Origin: a virus
Length of the DNA stretch: 64,000 nt
Direction: 5' to 3' (one strand)
IMG/VR virus record: IMGVR_UViG_3300036791_001907
Location: 64,001 to 128,000 of that record
The position numbers and the translations under genes were made by a program. The notes beneath the pieces are model-generated. The model did no database searches, was not told the DNA's origin, and saw only the letters and a list, made by a program, of their open reading frames with translations. Below, in pieces: positions 8,355-21,633 of this stretch (its first letter is position 1; each line of letters starts with the position of its first letter).

Positions 8355-8395
8355 GCAACCCAATTCTGCCCGCGCGCTGGCTGTTGGCGCGGCCG

Positions 8396-10321
8396 TTATG
8401 GCGTGCTGAAGTAGCCGCGCTCGGCGCGCGCATCCTCGTCGGTCCAGCCGATCTCGGCGTTGCCGGCGGCGCGCACCTGCTCCGGCGTGAGCCGGTAGCC
8501 GGCGCCGGCGGCGAAGTTGGGCCAGGCGTCGTTGGCGTGCCAGAGGGTGGCGCAGCCCAGGTTCACGGCCTGGGCGAAGTCGTCGGTGAAGCCGGTGGCG
8601 CGCTTGATCAGGTAGATGTCACCTGCATGGGTGCCCGGTCGCTTCTCGTCGACTAAGGCCAGGAAGTCCTCGATCAGGCCCGCCACGCCGTCGTACTTGA
8701 AGAACCGGATCAGCTTCAGCTTGATCGACGAGGTCACGTAGATCAGGCTGCGGGTCTTGTCCAGCGAGTGCCGCGTCCGCTGGTGCTGGGGCGTGGCCGG
8801 GTGAAAGGTCATCAGCGAGTGCGTCGCCGACCGGACATACTGAATGGGCATGATCCGGGAGATCGGCACGCCGGCCTGGGTCAGGAATGTCTCCCTGAGA
8901 ATTCCCGCCCCGGTGTAGTCATGCGCAACGAGGTCGGGCTGGAACAGCTGGAAGTAGTGGAAGATCTCCTCGGCCTCATGAATGTGTTCGTGTGGGTTCA
9001 GAAGGCGGCGGCCCCAGAGCACGTCGATCCGGCCGTCGGTGCGCAGTCCGAGCAGGGCCACCACCGTGAACGACACGCCATCTTCACCGCCGCCGCCCCA
9101 GTCGATCCCCAGCACGGTCATCCGGTAGTTGCGCAGCCGCGCCATGACTTCCGGCCGCGGGTCCAGGGGGCGGTTCTCCCAGGGCAGCTCGGCCGCTTCC
9201 TGGAGGTCGGGCAAGGTGACCAGCTGGTTGCCCGTGGCCGACGACTCTCCCAGAACTTCATTGATAAACACATGCGGCGCCGTGTTGGCGGCGCCGTCGC
9301 GCTTCAGGAGCAGCTCGGCCCACTTCTTGCGCACCGCATAGTGCAGGGGCATGATCGGCTGGGGCACGTGCAGCCCCAGCCGCTCCCACCGCCGCTCCGG
9401 GTGGCGGTGCACCCAGCGGCCGTAGCGGGGATTGATCGGCTTCCGGCAGCGATGGCAGATGGTCCCCGGGCTGGCCTCGGAGATGTCGTCGTGCAGCGGA
9501 CCGAGCATTGCCTCCAGGTGGAACTCGAGGCTGGCGATGTTCCAGGCGCCGCAGCTGAAGCAGGGGGTGAACCACTCACCCCGGCTCGACCGCATCCATT
9601 CCCCGTGAATAAAGTTGTCCAGCGTCTTGGGGGTGCCGGTGACCTGGGTGATCCCGTACTCCTTCGAGGCCGACATGGTTTCCCGGATGATCGGGATATG
9701 ATCGGGGTCCATGTCCTGCGCTTCGTCGATCCCCACCTTCCCGGCCGGAATGCCGCGGACGCGGTCGACGTCCAGCAGTGCGAATGAGAAGAACATCCGG
9801 CTGCCGTTGTGGAACGTGCGCAGGAGCACGTTGCCGGTGGTCTCGGTGGAGACCCAGAGGTCACGGACCGGCGACTGCTTGATGAAGGCGCCTACATATT
9901 CCGTGGAGAACCGGCGGATCTGCTCGTAGCGGGGGGTCACAAACAGGGTCGAGAAGTGGGGGATCGCATTGGCCAGGGCCACGCCGTGGCTGGCCATCGA
10001 CGTCGACTTCGAGACCTGCCGCCCGGTGATCATCACCACATTGGTGGGCATCCGCACCCGGAAGAGCGGACTGAACGGGAAGTAGTCGTGGAGGCTGTAG
10101 GGCTTACCGTTCAGGTTGAACAGCAGCGGCAGGAGCGGCTCGAGCGTCTGGACCGAGCCCAGTTCGCAGAGCTTGCGGACCGAGATGATCCGGTCGACGT
10201 CCGAGATCGCGCGGCCTTCCTGCTCGGCCCGTTCCAGGTCGGCCAGGATCGCGCCGGTCTCCTTGAGCCGGCGCTCGGCGAGCAACTGATCCTTGCCTGG
10301 TGTCTTGAGCGCAACGGACAT
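8396..10321 (-). CDS. terL: Terminase large subunit (gpA-like)
   Basis: Walker A-like ITGRQVSKST, Walker B VGIDEAQD, motif III VTGTPKT, CxxC pairs, nuclease motif LGIDWGGG and C-terminal DDFAQA; GGAGG RBS. Confidence 0.88.
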   Translation of the reverse strand: MSVALKTPGKDQLLAERRLKETGAILADLERAEQEGRAISDVDRIISVRKLCELGSVQTLEPLLPLLFNLNGKPYSLHDYFPFSPLFRVRMPTNVVMITGRQVSKSTSMASHGVALANAIPHFSTLFVTPRYEQIRRFSTEYVGAFIKQSPVRDLWVSTETTGNVLLRTFHNGSRMFFSFALLDVDRVRGIPAGKVGIDEAQDMDPDHIPIIRETMSASKEYGITQVTGTPKTLDNFIHGEWMRSSRGEWFTPCFSCGAWNIASLEFHLEAMLGPLHDDISEASPGTICHRCRKPINPRYGRWVHRHPERRWERLGLHVPQPIMPLHYAVRKKWAELLLKRDGAANTAPHVFINEVLGESSATGNQLVTLPDLQEAAELPWENRPLDPRPEVMARLRNYRMTVLGIDWGGGGEDGVSFTVVALLGLRTDGRIDVLWGRRLLNPHEHIHEAEEIFHYFQLFQPDLVAHDYTGAGILRETFLTQAGVPISRIMPIQYVRSATHSLMTFHPATPQHQRTRHSLDKTRSLIYVTSSIKLKLIRFFKYDGVAGLIEDFLALVDEKRPGTHAGDIYLIKRATGFTDDFAQAVNLGCATLWHANDAWPNFAAGAGYRLTPEQVRAAGNAEIGWTDEDARAERGYFSTP

Positions 10322-10424
10322 CGTGTTCCTCCATGAACGGCGCTGTGCGCCCGGAGCCACGGGTCCGATCCTACAATGGCGTGTGTGGCCAATACAATGT
10401 CAGCAACCAACTTAGGAGCGATCC

Positions 10425-10979
10425 ATGGAGCGACCCACACTCAAACGCGGCCTCGATCCGGCCGTCGTACTCTGGAACCCCAAGTACGTCCATAACCTGG
10501 CCGGCGCCATCCGGGCGGCCTCATGCTTCGGCGTTCCCCAGGTCTGGTGGACCGGCCGCCGGCTCGATGATGCGCTGTACTCGGTCGACCGGCTCCCCCG
10601 CGAGGAGCGGATGAAGGGTTATCGCGACGTCGCCTGGGGTCATACCTTCAGGCCGCTTGATCACTTCGACCGGGTAACCCCGGTGGCCGTGGAGAAGCGG
10701 GACCGGGCCGAATGTCTTACCGACTTCATCCACCCCGAGCGGGCCGTGTATCTTTTTGGCCCTGAGGACGGCTCGCTCCCCAAGGGACTGCTCCATGCCT
10801 GTCACCGCTTCGTCTGGATCCCCAGCGAGCAGTGCCTGAACCTGGCGGCCGCGGTCAATGTCGTCCTCTGTCACCGCCGGATCAGCCGCCAGCTTGCGGG
10901 TCTGGAGCCGCGGATCACCCTGGCCGAGACCCGCGGCTACGCCTCCACCATTGATGTCGCTGGCTGGGACGGCCGCTAG
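10425..10979 (+). CDS. SpoU/TrmH-family (SPOUT) RNA methyltransferase
   Basis: NPKYVHNLAGAIRAASCFG, YLFGPEDGSL, CLNLAAAVNVVL. Confidence 0.88.
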   Translation: MERPTLKRGLDPAVVLWNPKYVHNLAGAIRAASCFGVPQVWWTGRRLDDALYSVDRLPREERMKGYRDVAWGHTFRPLDHFDRVTPVAVEKRDRAECLTDFIHPERAVYLFGPEDGSLPKGLLHACHRFVWIPSEQCLNLAAAVNVVLCHRRISRQLAGLEPRITLAETRGYASTIDVAGWDGR

Positions 10980-11011
10980 GCCGCCACCAAACCTGCGGGA
11001 GGATAGACGCA

Positions 11012-11182
11012 ATGAAAACGGATCGACGGATGCTCCGCGGCGTGATCGAACGGGTCCGCGCCGCCGTGCCGAATGTGACCCGTGAGCGCCTGGCCGACAA
11101 GTTGCAGGAGCACTTCGATGCTGCCACCATTGCGGTCGAGCTGGACCTGGCCTTCGGCCCGCCCTGCGGACGGAAAGGGTGA
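11012..11182 (+). CDS. Small hypothetical protein (56 aa, not in the ORF track)
   Basis: GGAGG RBS, ATG 11012, MKTDRRMLRGVIERVRAAVPNVTRERLADKL... Confidence 0.55.
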   Translation: MKTDRRMLRGVIERVRAAVPNVTRERLADKLQEHFDAATIAVELDLAFGPPCGRKG

Positions 11183-11259
11183 GATCGCCTGTATGGCCAG
11201 CTGGCCGCCGGCGGTCTGCCGGGTTACATCGAATATCTCGAGGCAATTCGCCGGAGGAC

Positions 11260-11466
11260 ATGATGGCCAAGCCGAGGACCTACAAGGTCGCCGTCTACTG
11301 GCGCGACGACGAGCGGATCTGGCACCACCACGGCACCTGGGAGGGTGAGGCGAACAGTCCGGCCGACGCCAGGACGCGGGCGCTCAATGCGCTCGAGGAC
11401 GAGCGCATCGAAAGCTGGAAGGCCGAGATCATCGGCAGCAAACCAACCGGGAGTCCCAAGTCATGA
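11260..11466 (+). CDS. Hypothetical protein
   Basis: GGAGG RBS; translationally coupled to the next gene. Confidence 0.6.
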   Translation: MMAKPRTYKVAVYWRDDERIWHHHGTWEGEANSPADARTRALNALEDERIESWKAEIIGSKPTGSPKS

Positions 11467-11804
11467 GTGAGGACAACATGGTCATCTTTGATCAGCGCAC
11501 CGGTACCGTGGTGGCCGATCCCCTGTGGGCCCCTTCGGTCCATGCCGGTCGTATTCTCCCCGACGGCCGCTGTCTACGGCTCATGGCGATGACCTACGGC
11601 AAGGTCCGGCTGACCCTCTCGGCGTCGCTGGACGCGTACGACTATCTCGACGGCTGGTGATACGACGGCATTCCCGCCGCGGTCGCGGCGCTCAACACCT
11701 GGGATCCGGCTGTGGATCCCGAGCCTTCAGGCTGGTACCGCAACCCCCTCTCGGGCCGCCGTCGGCCCGACGGCGACGCGTCCCGGGAATACGTGTGCTA
11801 CTAG
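11463..11804 (+). CDS. Probable selenoprotein (in-frame UGA at 11658-11660)
   Basis: Frame continues YLDGW*YDGIPAAVAALNTWDPAVDPEPSGWYRNPLSGRRRPDGDASREYVCY to TAG 11802-11804; SECIS-like hairpin just downstream of the UGA. Confidence 0.7.
11675..11690 (+). promoter_or_regulatory. Bacterial SECIS-like hairpin
   Basis: CGCCGC-GGTC-GCGGCG; apical loop GGUC starts 20 nt after the UGA. Confidence 0.65.
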
Positions 11805-11840
11805 GTGTCAGACATCGAAACCGAACCCGCGAGGTCAGCA

Positions 11841-12269
11841 ATGTCCAATACCGTGCGCACGACCATTTCGGTCCCACGGGCGCTCAAGGCACGGATGGAT
11901 GCCTATGAGCCGCCCATCAACTGGTCGGCGGTCGCCTGCCGCGCCTTCGAGGCGATCATCGGCATCGATGGTCCGCCCGGTTCCGATGCCGACATGACGA
12001 TCATCGAGCCGCATCCAGACGGCCATGGGGTTCGCCTGCTCGACCACGAGGATACGACTGAACTCCGGCGCAACATCGACGCTGGCCGGATCGTGGCGAT
12101 CTATGCCGGTGCCGTGGGCGACAACGTAGCTTTCGTACTCTGCACCAGTGCCGCATCGCTGCGCCAGTTCTTCGATGCTGCCATTGAAGCCGATTGCACT
12201 TACACGATCGAGGGTTGGAGCCGCGAGCCGTTGACTCTGAAGCCAGGCCAGCCCCACAATGACGCCTGA
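11841..12269 (+). CDS. Ribbon-helix-helix domain protein
   Basis: N-terminal RTTISVPRALKARMD...INWSAVACRAFE. Confidence 0.6.
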   Translation: MSNTVRTTISVPRALKARMDAYEPPINWSAVACRAFEAIIGIDGPPGSDADMTIIEPHPDGHGVRLLDHEDTTELRRNIDAGRIVAIYAGAVGDNVAFVLCTSAASLRQFFDAAIEADCTYTIEGWSREPLTLKPGQPHNDA

Positions 12270-12284
12270 CCGCGGAGACTGATC

Positions 12285-12524
12285 ATGGGATACCCCACAA
12301 CGCGATCGGCAGCGCTGTACCTTGAACGGGTGGGGATCTTCCCCACCCTGAGGCAGCCGGTGCCGTCGGCCTCGCCGGACTTGAACCCGATCCATTCCTA
12401 CCCGCTCGTGCCGCCGCCCCATCCCTGGCCGTTCCTGATCCAGTACATCAATGGGTGTCCAGCGCCTGATCGTGGCCAGAGCGATATCTGGCCGTGGGGC
12501 GAGGCCGGCGAGCTGCCGCCATGA
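12285..12524 (+). CDS. Hypothetical protein
   Basis: Fits operon packing. Confidence 0.5.
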   Translation: MGYPTTRSAALYLERVGIFPTLRQPVPSASPDLNPIHSYPLVPPPHPWPFLIQYINGCPAPDRGQSDIWPWGEAGELPP

Positions 12525-12898
12525 CCGGATCCGACCTGTTGCTCAACGTCGTGCTGCTCCCGCTGGCCACCGGAGCGGTCGTGGACATCTGGCTCAACGG
12601 CGCGCTCTTCGCCGGCTGGCGGGCCCGGATCGAGGCCCGGGAAAACAGGCTCTCCGAGTTCCTGGGCTGTAGCCTCTGCCTGAACTATCAGGTGCCCATC
12701 TGGCTCACGCTGGGCTGCTGGGCGCTGCCCATGTACGTCCCCCACTGGGCGGCGCTGGTTCTCCGTGGCATCCTGATCGCACTGGCCACAGGCCGGCTGG
12801 CGTGGCTGATCAACGCCTGGCTCGGCCCCGACTACGGCTACGACCGGGAGAGTCACGACCATGACGACGACGACGACGACGACGAAAAAGACGCTTGA
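12521..12898 (+). CDS. DUF1360-like membrane protein
   Basis: TM segments, LSEFLGCSLCLNY motif, acidic tail. Confidence 0.6.
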   Translation: MTGSDLLLNVVLLPLATGAVVDIWLNGALFAGWRARIEARENRLSEFLGCSLCLNYQVPIWLTLGCWALPMYVPHWAALVLRGILIALATGRLAWLINAWLGPDYGYDRESHDHDDDDDDDEKDA

Positions 12899-13259
12899 CA
12901 TCGCGATCCGCGAGCGCGTCGAGGCCGAGGCCCGGGCGATCATGGCCGATCACCCCGAGGTCGAGGCCATCGGCGTGATGTTCCTGTCCAAGTACTTAAC
13001 CGGCATCCTGTCGGCCATGATCGTCAACGCCGACGGCAAGCCGCTCCGGCCCGATCAGAACGTGCGGCTCTTTGAAGTCTGGGTGCGGGTCGGGATGCAG
13101 CTGATGGCCAACAGCCAGCGCGACGTCCAGTTCCTCGACCAGATGCTCGCCGACTATGCCAGGAGGTTTGTCGATGCCAAGACGGCGGCGGAAGCGGGCC
13201 AGCAGCAACGGGCAGGACCGCCTGGAGCTGATGGACAGCATCGAGACGCTGAGCCTTGA
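12861..13259 (+). CDS. Hypothetical protein
   Basis: ORF in operon. Confidence 0.55.
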   Translation: MTTTTTTTKKTLDIAIRERVEAEARAIMADHPEVEAIGVMFLSKYLTGILSAMIVNADGKPLRPDQNVRLFEVWVRVGMQLMANSQRDVQFLDQMLADYARRFVDAKTAAEAGQQQRAGPPGADGQHRDAEP

Positions 13260-13827
13260 TGAGATGGTGGCGGAGGCCGGCATCCCCGCGACCTGGGACG
13301 TCCTGATCGTCGGCGACGGCGCCGGCTGCTGGTGGGACCGGCCCTGCGGCTGGGGCTGCACCCTCTTTGATCATGCCCTGGGCCGCAGACGGGCCTTCTA
13401 CGGCGGCCTGTCGACCGGCTCGATCGCCATCGCCGAACTGATGCCGGCCGTGCACGCGATGCTCTGGTACGCCGAGTTCCACGGCCACGACCGCAAGCTT
13501 CAGCTGGGTCGCGGCACGCTCAACGTGCACGTGCTCACGGACAATGAGCCGACCGTCTGGCACTGGAAATGCCTGGCCGCAGGCGGTCAGCGCGCCCAGA
13601 AGCTGCGCCGGAAGCGGCCGCTCTGGAATATCATGCTCCAGCTCGAACGTGCCGGCTACAGTTTCCATTTCCACTGGACCGCGCGGCTGGCTGTGGGCCA
13701 GAACCAGCTCGCCGATGAAGTCGCCGGCAGGGCCCGCGACGCGATCGCCACATTCCAGCTGAAACCCCGTGACGGGGTCGCGCGCGATCTCGATAACGAG
13801 ATCTACAGGGTCAACCCAAGTACGTGA
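13174..13827 (+). CDS. Ribonuclease HI-like protein
   Basis: VLIVGDGAG..GWG, IAEL, VHVLTDNE, FHW, NQLADEVA (D-E-D-D tetrad); start uncertain. Confidence 0.75.
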   Translation: MPRRRRKRASSNGQDRLELMDSIETLSLDEMVAEAGIPATWDVLIVGDGAGCWWDRPCGWGCTLFDHALGRRRAFYGGLSTGSIAIAELMPAVHAMLWYAEFHGHDRKLQLGRGTLNVHVLTDNEPTVWHWKCLAAGGQRAQKLRRKRPLWNIMLQLERAGYSFHFHWTARLAVGQNQLADEVAGRARDAIATFQLKPRDGVARDLDNEIYRVNPST

Positions 13828-14147
13828 TGTTGCTAATGGTTATGGCATGATCGCCAGATCGCGGCGAGGCGCGGGTTGGCTCGGTCGCCCGTGCTCGCTA
13901 GGATGAAACCCGCACGACCGCCAGCGATCGGGGAAGGCAACCCAGTGGGCCACGCCGGCGGTTTCGTGTCACGGAGTCCCAGGTTTCGCACGGAGGTGTG
14001 ACCATGGTCGGGCGGCCCTCGCATGCCAGCGGTCCCGCGGGACCGGCAGATGCCGCCTGAACCGATGCACTTCACCAGCCGCTCCGCCGTGGAGCCGGCC
14101 CTGGAGAGACTCCGTTTTTTCTCCCGGCGATCCCGAGGAACCAGACG

Positions 14148-17870
<3,723 letters not shown>

Positions 17871-18015
17871 CACCGTGTCCAGCCCCGTTCCGGCCGTCGC
17901 CCCCATTCCGGGGCGCCGGCCCCGGCGCGCGCTAACGGGCCGGGCGAAAACCTGTCATATACCAGTGGATAGCGTCCCGTACGGGGTCGTTGTCCGGTTT
18001 CGCATGGAGGTCAAG

Positions 18016-18537
18016 ATGAGCGAGCAACCAACCAAGGGCGTGCCCAACCTGCTGGTCCAGATCACAGGTGACACGGCACTCTACGAGGCCGACAGCGACA
18101 TGAACGTCGTCCTGATCAACTGGGACCGCCTGGCGGACGACGACACGACCAGGGGCACGCTGTGCGAGGTCTGGAAGGAGATCTGGACCCTGCCCGAAGC
18201 GATGCGGGAGGGCCCGCTGTGCGACCTGATCGACATGGTGGAAGAGCGGTTCCCGATCATGGCCGAGTTCTGCCCCGAATGGTGGGATAATGACTACGCG
18301 GTGCCGGCCGGCCCGCCGGTCCCATTCGATGCCACCGCGGCCATCCTCCGGATGGGTCCCGACGCGGTCGATAGCATGCAGGATAATGCCCTTCCTACGG
18401 ATCGCCTGGCTGATGATCTGCCGGCGCGACAAGCCCATGACGGGCCGTTCGAGGTCAAGGTCCGGCAGGCTGCGCTCGAGTTTCTTGCAGCCGACCTGAA
18501 TGAGGCCGCCGACAATGAGCGCTCCGGAACCGCCTGA
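18016..18537 (+). CDS. Hypothetical protein
   Basis: GGAGG RBS, ATG 18016. Confidence 0.6.
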   Translation: MSEQPTKGVPNLLVQITGDTALYEADSDMNVVLINWDRLADDDTTRGTLCEVWKEIWTLPEAMREGPLCDLIDMVEERFPIMAEFCPEWWDNDYAVPAGPPVPFDATAAILRMGPDAVDSMQDNALPTDRLADDLPARQAHDGPFEVKVRQAALEFLAADLNEAADNERSGTA

Positions 18538-18820
18538 ACTGCCCGACGACTACGACGGCACGCTCTACCGGGTGGTCTTCGTCGAGGACGGCGAGCGCAC
18601 GATCGTGAACGTTCTGCTGCCAGGGCTGACCGCAGCCGTGAATGCCATGCGCCGCGCCATGATGGCGCTGCTGACGGCCCGGATCGGCCATCTCATCGGG
18701 CCCCAGACGCCCTACGAGGGCCAGGCGGATGTCTTCGGCAAACAGGTGCGGCTCTACCTGCCTGATGGTCCTGTGGACTTCCTGATCGAGGAGAGCGACG
18801 ACGATGCAATGGACCCCTGA
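18515..18820 (+). CDS. Hypothetical protein
   Basis: Operon packing. Confidence 0.55.
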   Translation: MSAPEPPELPDDYDGTLYRVVFVEDGERTIVNVLLPGLTAAVNAMRRAMMALLTARIGHLIGPQTPYEGQADVFGKQVRLYLPDGPVDFLIEESDDDAMDP

Positions 18821-19043
18821 GAAGCTCAAAGAACGGGTCGCGGCGCTGCCTGAGGACGTGCGGACCACGATCATCTGCGACGTCGCCTGGAGCTTCTTTG
18901 GCGATCTCGATGACGATGGCGAGGAGTACATCGACACCGGCCGCAGGCCCGACAGCCCGGACCTGACTGCGGCGGTCGACTATCTCCGCGAGGAGCTAAC
19001 CAAGATGCGATCCGAGGAGGCTAACAATGACGACGCAGTTTGA
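18804..19043 (+). CDS. Hypothetical protein
   Basis: Operon packing, RBS. Confidence 0.55.
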   Translation: MQWTPEKLKERVAALPEDVRTTIICDVAWSFFGDLDDDGEEYIDTGRRPDSPDLTAAVDYLREELTKMRSEEANNDDAV

Positions 19044-19272
19044 TCCCCTGGGTTCCCACTACGCGATGCATGGCGGCGACGCCGGAACCATGGTGCCGCT
19101 CTCCCGGGTACTGATCGAGACGGCCTTTATCCTGATCCCCGACGTCACCCTTGAGGTGGCCGTCACAAAGCTCCTGACGCTGGCGCGCAAGCTCGACGTC
19201 CCGGTCGATGACGGCTGGCTGGAGAACTGGTGTCGGGAGCTGTGCACCGAGGTCTGGCAGATGACCGCCTGA
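19027..19272 (+). CDS. Hypothetical protein
   Basis: GGAGG RBS. Confidence 0.55.
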   Translation: MTTQFDPLGSHYAMHGGDAGTMVPLSRVLIETAFILIPDVTLEVAVTKLLTLARKLDVPVDDGWLENWCRELCTEVWQMTA

Positions 19273-19289
19273 TCAAGGAGAACAATCCC

Positions 19290-19586
19290 ATGTCCATCGA
19301 CCTGTACAGCTACCAGGCGTGCCTGGGCACGCTGGTGATCGACTGGGCCAACCGCACGTTCACGCTCGCGGGCATGGACGGCGACGGCGGCGAGGAGATG
19401 ACCGTCGCCGATGTCCAGGCAACCTTCGCGGCGCATGCCAACAACGACGACATCGAGGTCTCGGCGCTCGTCTTCTGGCCCGAGAACGAGCAGCTCTGCG
19501 CTCATGATGAAGGCAGCTTCGCCAACGAGCTGGAGCACGACCGCGAGATCAAGGGCGACGACGAGGAGGACGGATGCGAGACGTGA
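19290..19586 (+). CDS. Hypothetical acidic protein
   Basis: AAGGAG RBS. Confidence 0.55.
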   Translation: MSIDLYSYQACLGTLVIDWANRTFTLAGMDGDGGEEMTVADVQATFAAHANNDDIEVSALVFWPENEQLCAHDEGSFANELEHDREIKGDDEEDGCET

Positions 19587-19822
19587 AGCTGCCCGACGGC
19601 ACTTGGGTCACGACCGCGCTGTTCGCCGGGGCGGCGACGGCGCAGGCGCAGTGCCCGGACGATACGTGCGCGTGGGAGGACAACGGCCCGATCATGGGCG
19701 AGGGGCCGGTGCCGGTCCAGCTCCAGCGGTGCCCCCGCTGCGGCTGGGTCCGCGGCCGCTACCTGGGCAACCCCCACCCCGAAGCTGGAAGCGACGAGCC
19801 ACTGGACTACAACCTGATCTGA
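19574..19822 (+). CDS. Small Zn-ribbon protein
   Basis: CPxxxC...CPRCG. Confidence 0.55.
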   Translation: MRDVKLPDGTWVTTALFAGAATAQAQCPDDTCAWEDNGPIMGEGPVPVQLQRCPRCGWVRGRYLGNPHPEAGSDEPLDYNLI

Positions 19823-20001
19823 ACCACAGAAAGGCAGGAGCAAGGATATGGTGGAAGCCGACGACGCCGATGGGAAGCTACCCGACGTTGGTGGTGTGAT
19901 CGCTGACGGCAAGCACCACGGGACGTTCTGTGGCTCCTGCCGCACAGAGCTCAGTTCTTACGAGGTCCGTTAGGCGTACGGTTCAGACAGGGAGAATCTT
20001 G

Positions 20002-20757
20002 ATGAGTAAGCTTTCGCAGAATGTCTGGATGGTCGACAACCTCAACCCCAATTCCCGGGATCCCGATGACGATGGAGCCGACGAGGGCTTCGATATCTCC
20101 GTGTACGACAGTCTGCTCGATGCCGACCAGGAGGCCAGGCGCATCGCCGGTTGCAGTCGATCGTCCCTGGCAACATCGGACTATCTGGTTTACCGCGGAC
20201 ACGATGGCGCGATCAGTGTCCTCGTTCACAGGGTTCCTCGCGAGGTGGCCAGTGCGCAGTGGCCCGAACTTGCGATCCCGACTGTCGACTATCCGGTGAC
20301 CGAGGAGGATCTCGCACTGATCAGGAAGCGTACCTGCAAACGCGTGCAGCGGCAGATCGCGGCCATCAACCTGCAAACCACCGCGATCGTGCAGCTGAGG
20401 GACAAGGTAATGGCACTGGCGGTACTGGCGATGCTGGCAGGAGAACCCGACCCGATCCGCCGTCCGCCCGTAAAAGGGGCTCGGGTTCAGTTCGCCTATC
20501 TCATTGCCCGCGGCCCGAACAAGGGACGGTTTGCCGCGGTGTTCAAGTGTCCGCAGCCCGGAGGATACCAGCTCGTCACTGGTCCCGAACGCTCATTCTC
20601 GGGTGGTTCGGGGCTGAAGCTGGACCATCGGACGGTCTATGGCAACTACACGACGCTGGCTGCGGCCATGGACGGTCTGGAGGCCCTGTTCGCCGATCAG
20701 CTCAGCGACCATCTCCGGCAGCTTCTGGCCACGGACTGCGCCACGCTCCGCTCCTGA
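20002..20757 (+). CDS. Hypothetical protein
   Basis: GGGAG RBS, long ORF. Confidence 0.6.
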   Translation: MSKLSQNVWMVDNLNPNSRDPDDDGADEGFDISVYDSLLDADQEARRIAGCSRSSLATSDYLVYRGHDGAISVLVHRVPREVASAQWPELAIPTVDYPVTEEDLALIRKRTCKRVQRQIAAINLQTTAIVQLRDKVMALAVLAMLAGEPDPIRRPPVKGARVQFAYLIARGPNKGRFAAVFKCPQPGGYQLVTGPERSFSGGSGLKLDHRTVYGNYTTLAAAMDGLEALFADQLSDHLRQLLATDCATLRS

Positions 20758-20774
20758 CCTTGAGGAGGATCCCA

Positions 20775-21041
20775 ATGCCAGATCCTGAACTGCGCGCGGT
20801 CATCGTGCTGGGCAAGGATCACCTGAAGTGCCCTTACTGCGGCATCGCGGGGCTCGACAACTTTTACTACGTGGAAACCGCCTCGACCATGCGGGAGCTG
20901 ATCAGTCTGACGGATCAGTTGCTGCTGATCCGGTCGCATTACGCCGTGGCCGATGAGAGTACCGACAATCCCCGGCTGGGATGCAAGAGCTGCGACAAGG
21001 ACTGCGCGCTCCCGCCCGATCTCGAACTGGAATGGGAGTGA
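20775..21041 (+). CDS. Zn-ribbon protein
   Basis: CPYCG...CKSC; GGAGG RBS. Confidence 0.6.
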   Translation: MPDPELRAVIVLGKDHLKCPYCGIAGLDNFYYVETASTMRELISLTDQLLLIRSHYAVADESTDNPRLGCKSCDKDCALPPDLELEWE

Positions 21042-21043
21042 TC

Positions 21044-21313
21044 ATGGCCACGACCACCCTGGGACCGGACGGCCTGCTGGTCGAGGTGCGCGACGAAAGC
21101 GATGGCGACAACCGGGCGCCGCCCCGCACCTTCAAGGTGGCGCAGGATGCCTACGGCATCTTCGTCGAGGACGTTCAGAGCGGCCACCACGTGGTGCTGG
21201 AGATCTTCGATGGCCAGTTGAGCGCCCTGGTCTTCGACCGCGATCAGGAGGAGCCGGTGGTGAACCACAAGTTCACGCTCCCGCCCGCGGAAGACCAGCA
21301 CGGCGCCCCTTGA
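21044..21313 (+). CDS. Hypothetical protein
   Basis: Operon packing. Confidence 0.6.
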   Translation: MATTTLGPDGLLVEVRDESDGDNRAPPRTFKVAQDAYGIFVEDVQSGHHVVLEIFDGQLSALVFDRDQEEPVVNHKFTLPPAEDQHGAP

Positions 21314-21317
21314 TGTG

Positions 21318-21550
21318 ATCCGATGGCCACCGGAATATGTGGCGGTGACGGCAGCGCAGGAGAGGACAGCCGTGGCAAGCCGAGCCCGCTCGCGGCAGGG
21401 CAGGCCAAGGCGGGCCTTGGCAGCAAAGGCGGGGCGTGGACGGACGCGTTATGCTAGGATGAGCCTCGCGCAGGCAGGACCGCCGAGGATGGTTGAGGCT
21501 TGATCTATCAGGGCACGCCCAGCCAAGTCAGGGCAGGACGCCAGTCGTAC
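21318..21550 (+). ncRNA. Orphan array unit: pseudoknot motif copy 9 plus GGY-NN tract
   Basis: A-TCCG-ATG-GCCAC-CGGA-ATAT-GTGGC-GGTGACGG, then CA-GGA GA-GGA CA-GCC GT-GGC AA-GCC ... GC-GGC AG-GGC AG-GCC AA-GGC GG-GCC TT-GGC. Confidence 0.75.
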
Positions 21551-21633
21551 TGGTCGGGACCCTACCGCCGGACCCGGCGGTGGGCCTGACACCCGGGGAT
21601 CCTGGGACACCTCTTGCCCCCAGGATCCCAGGT

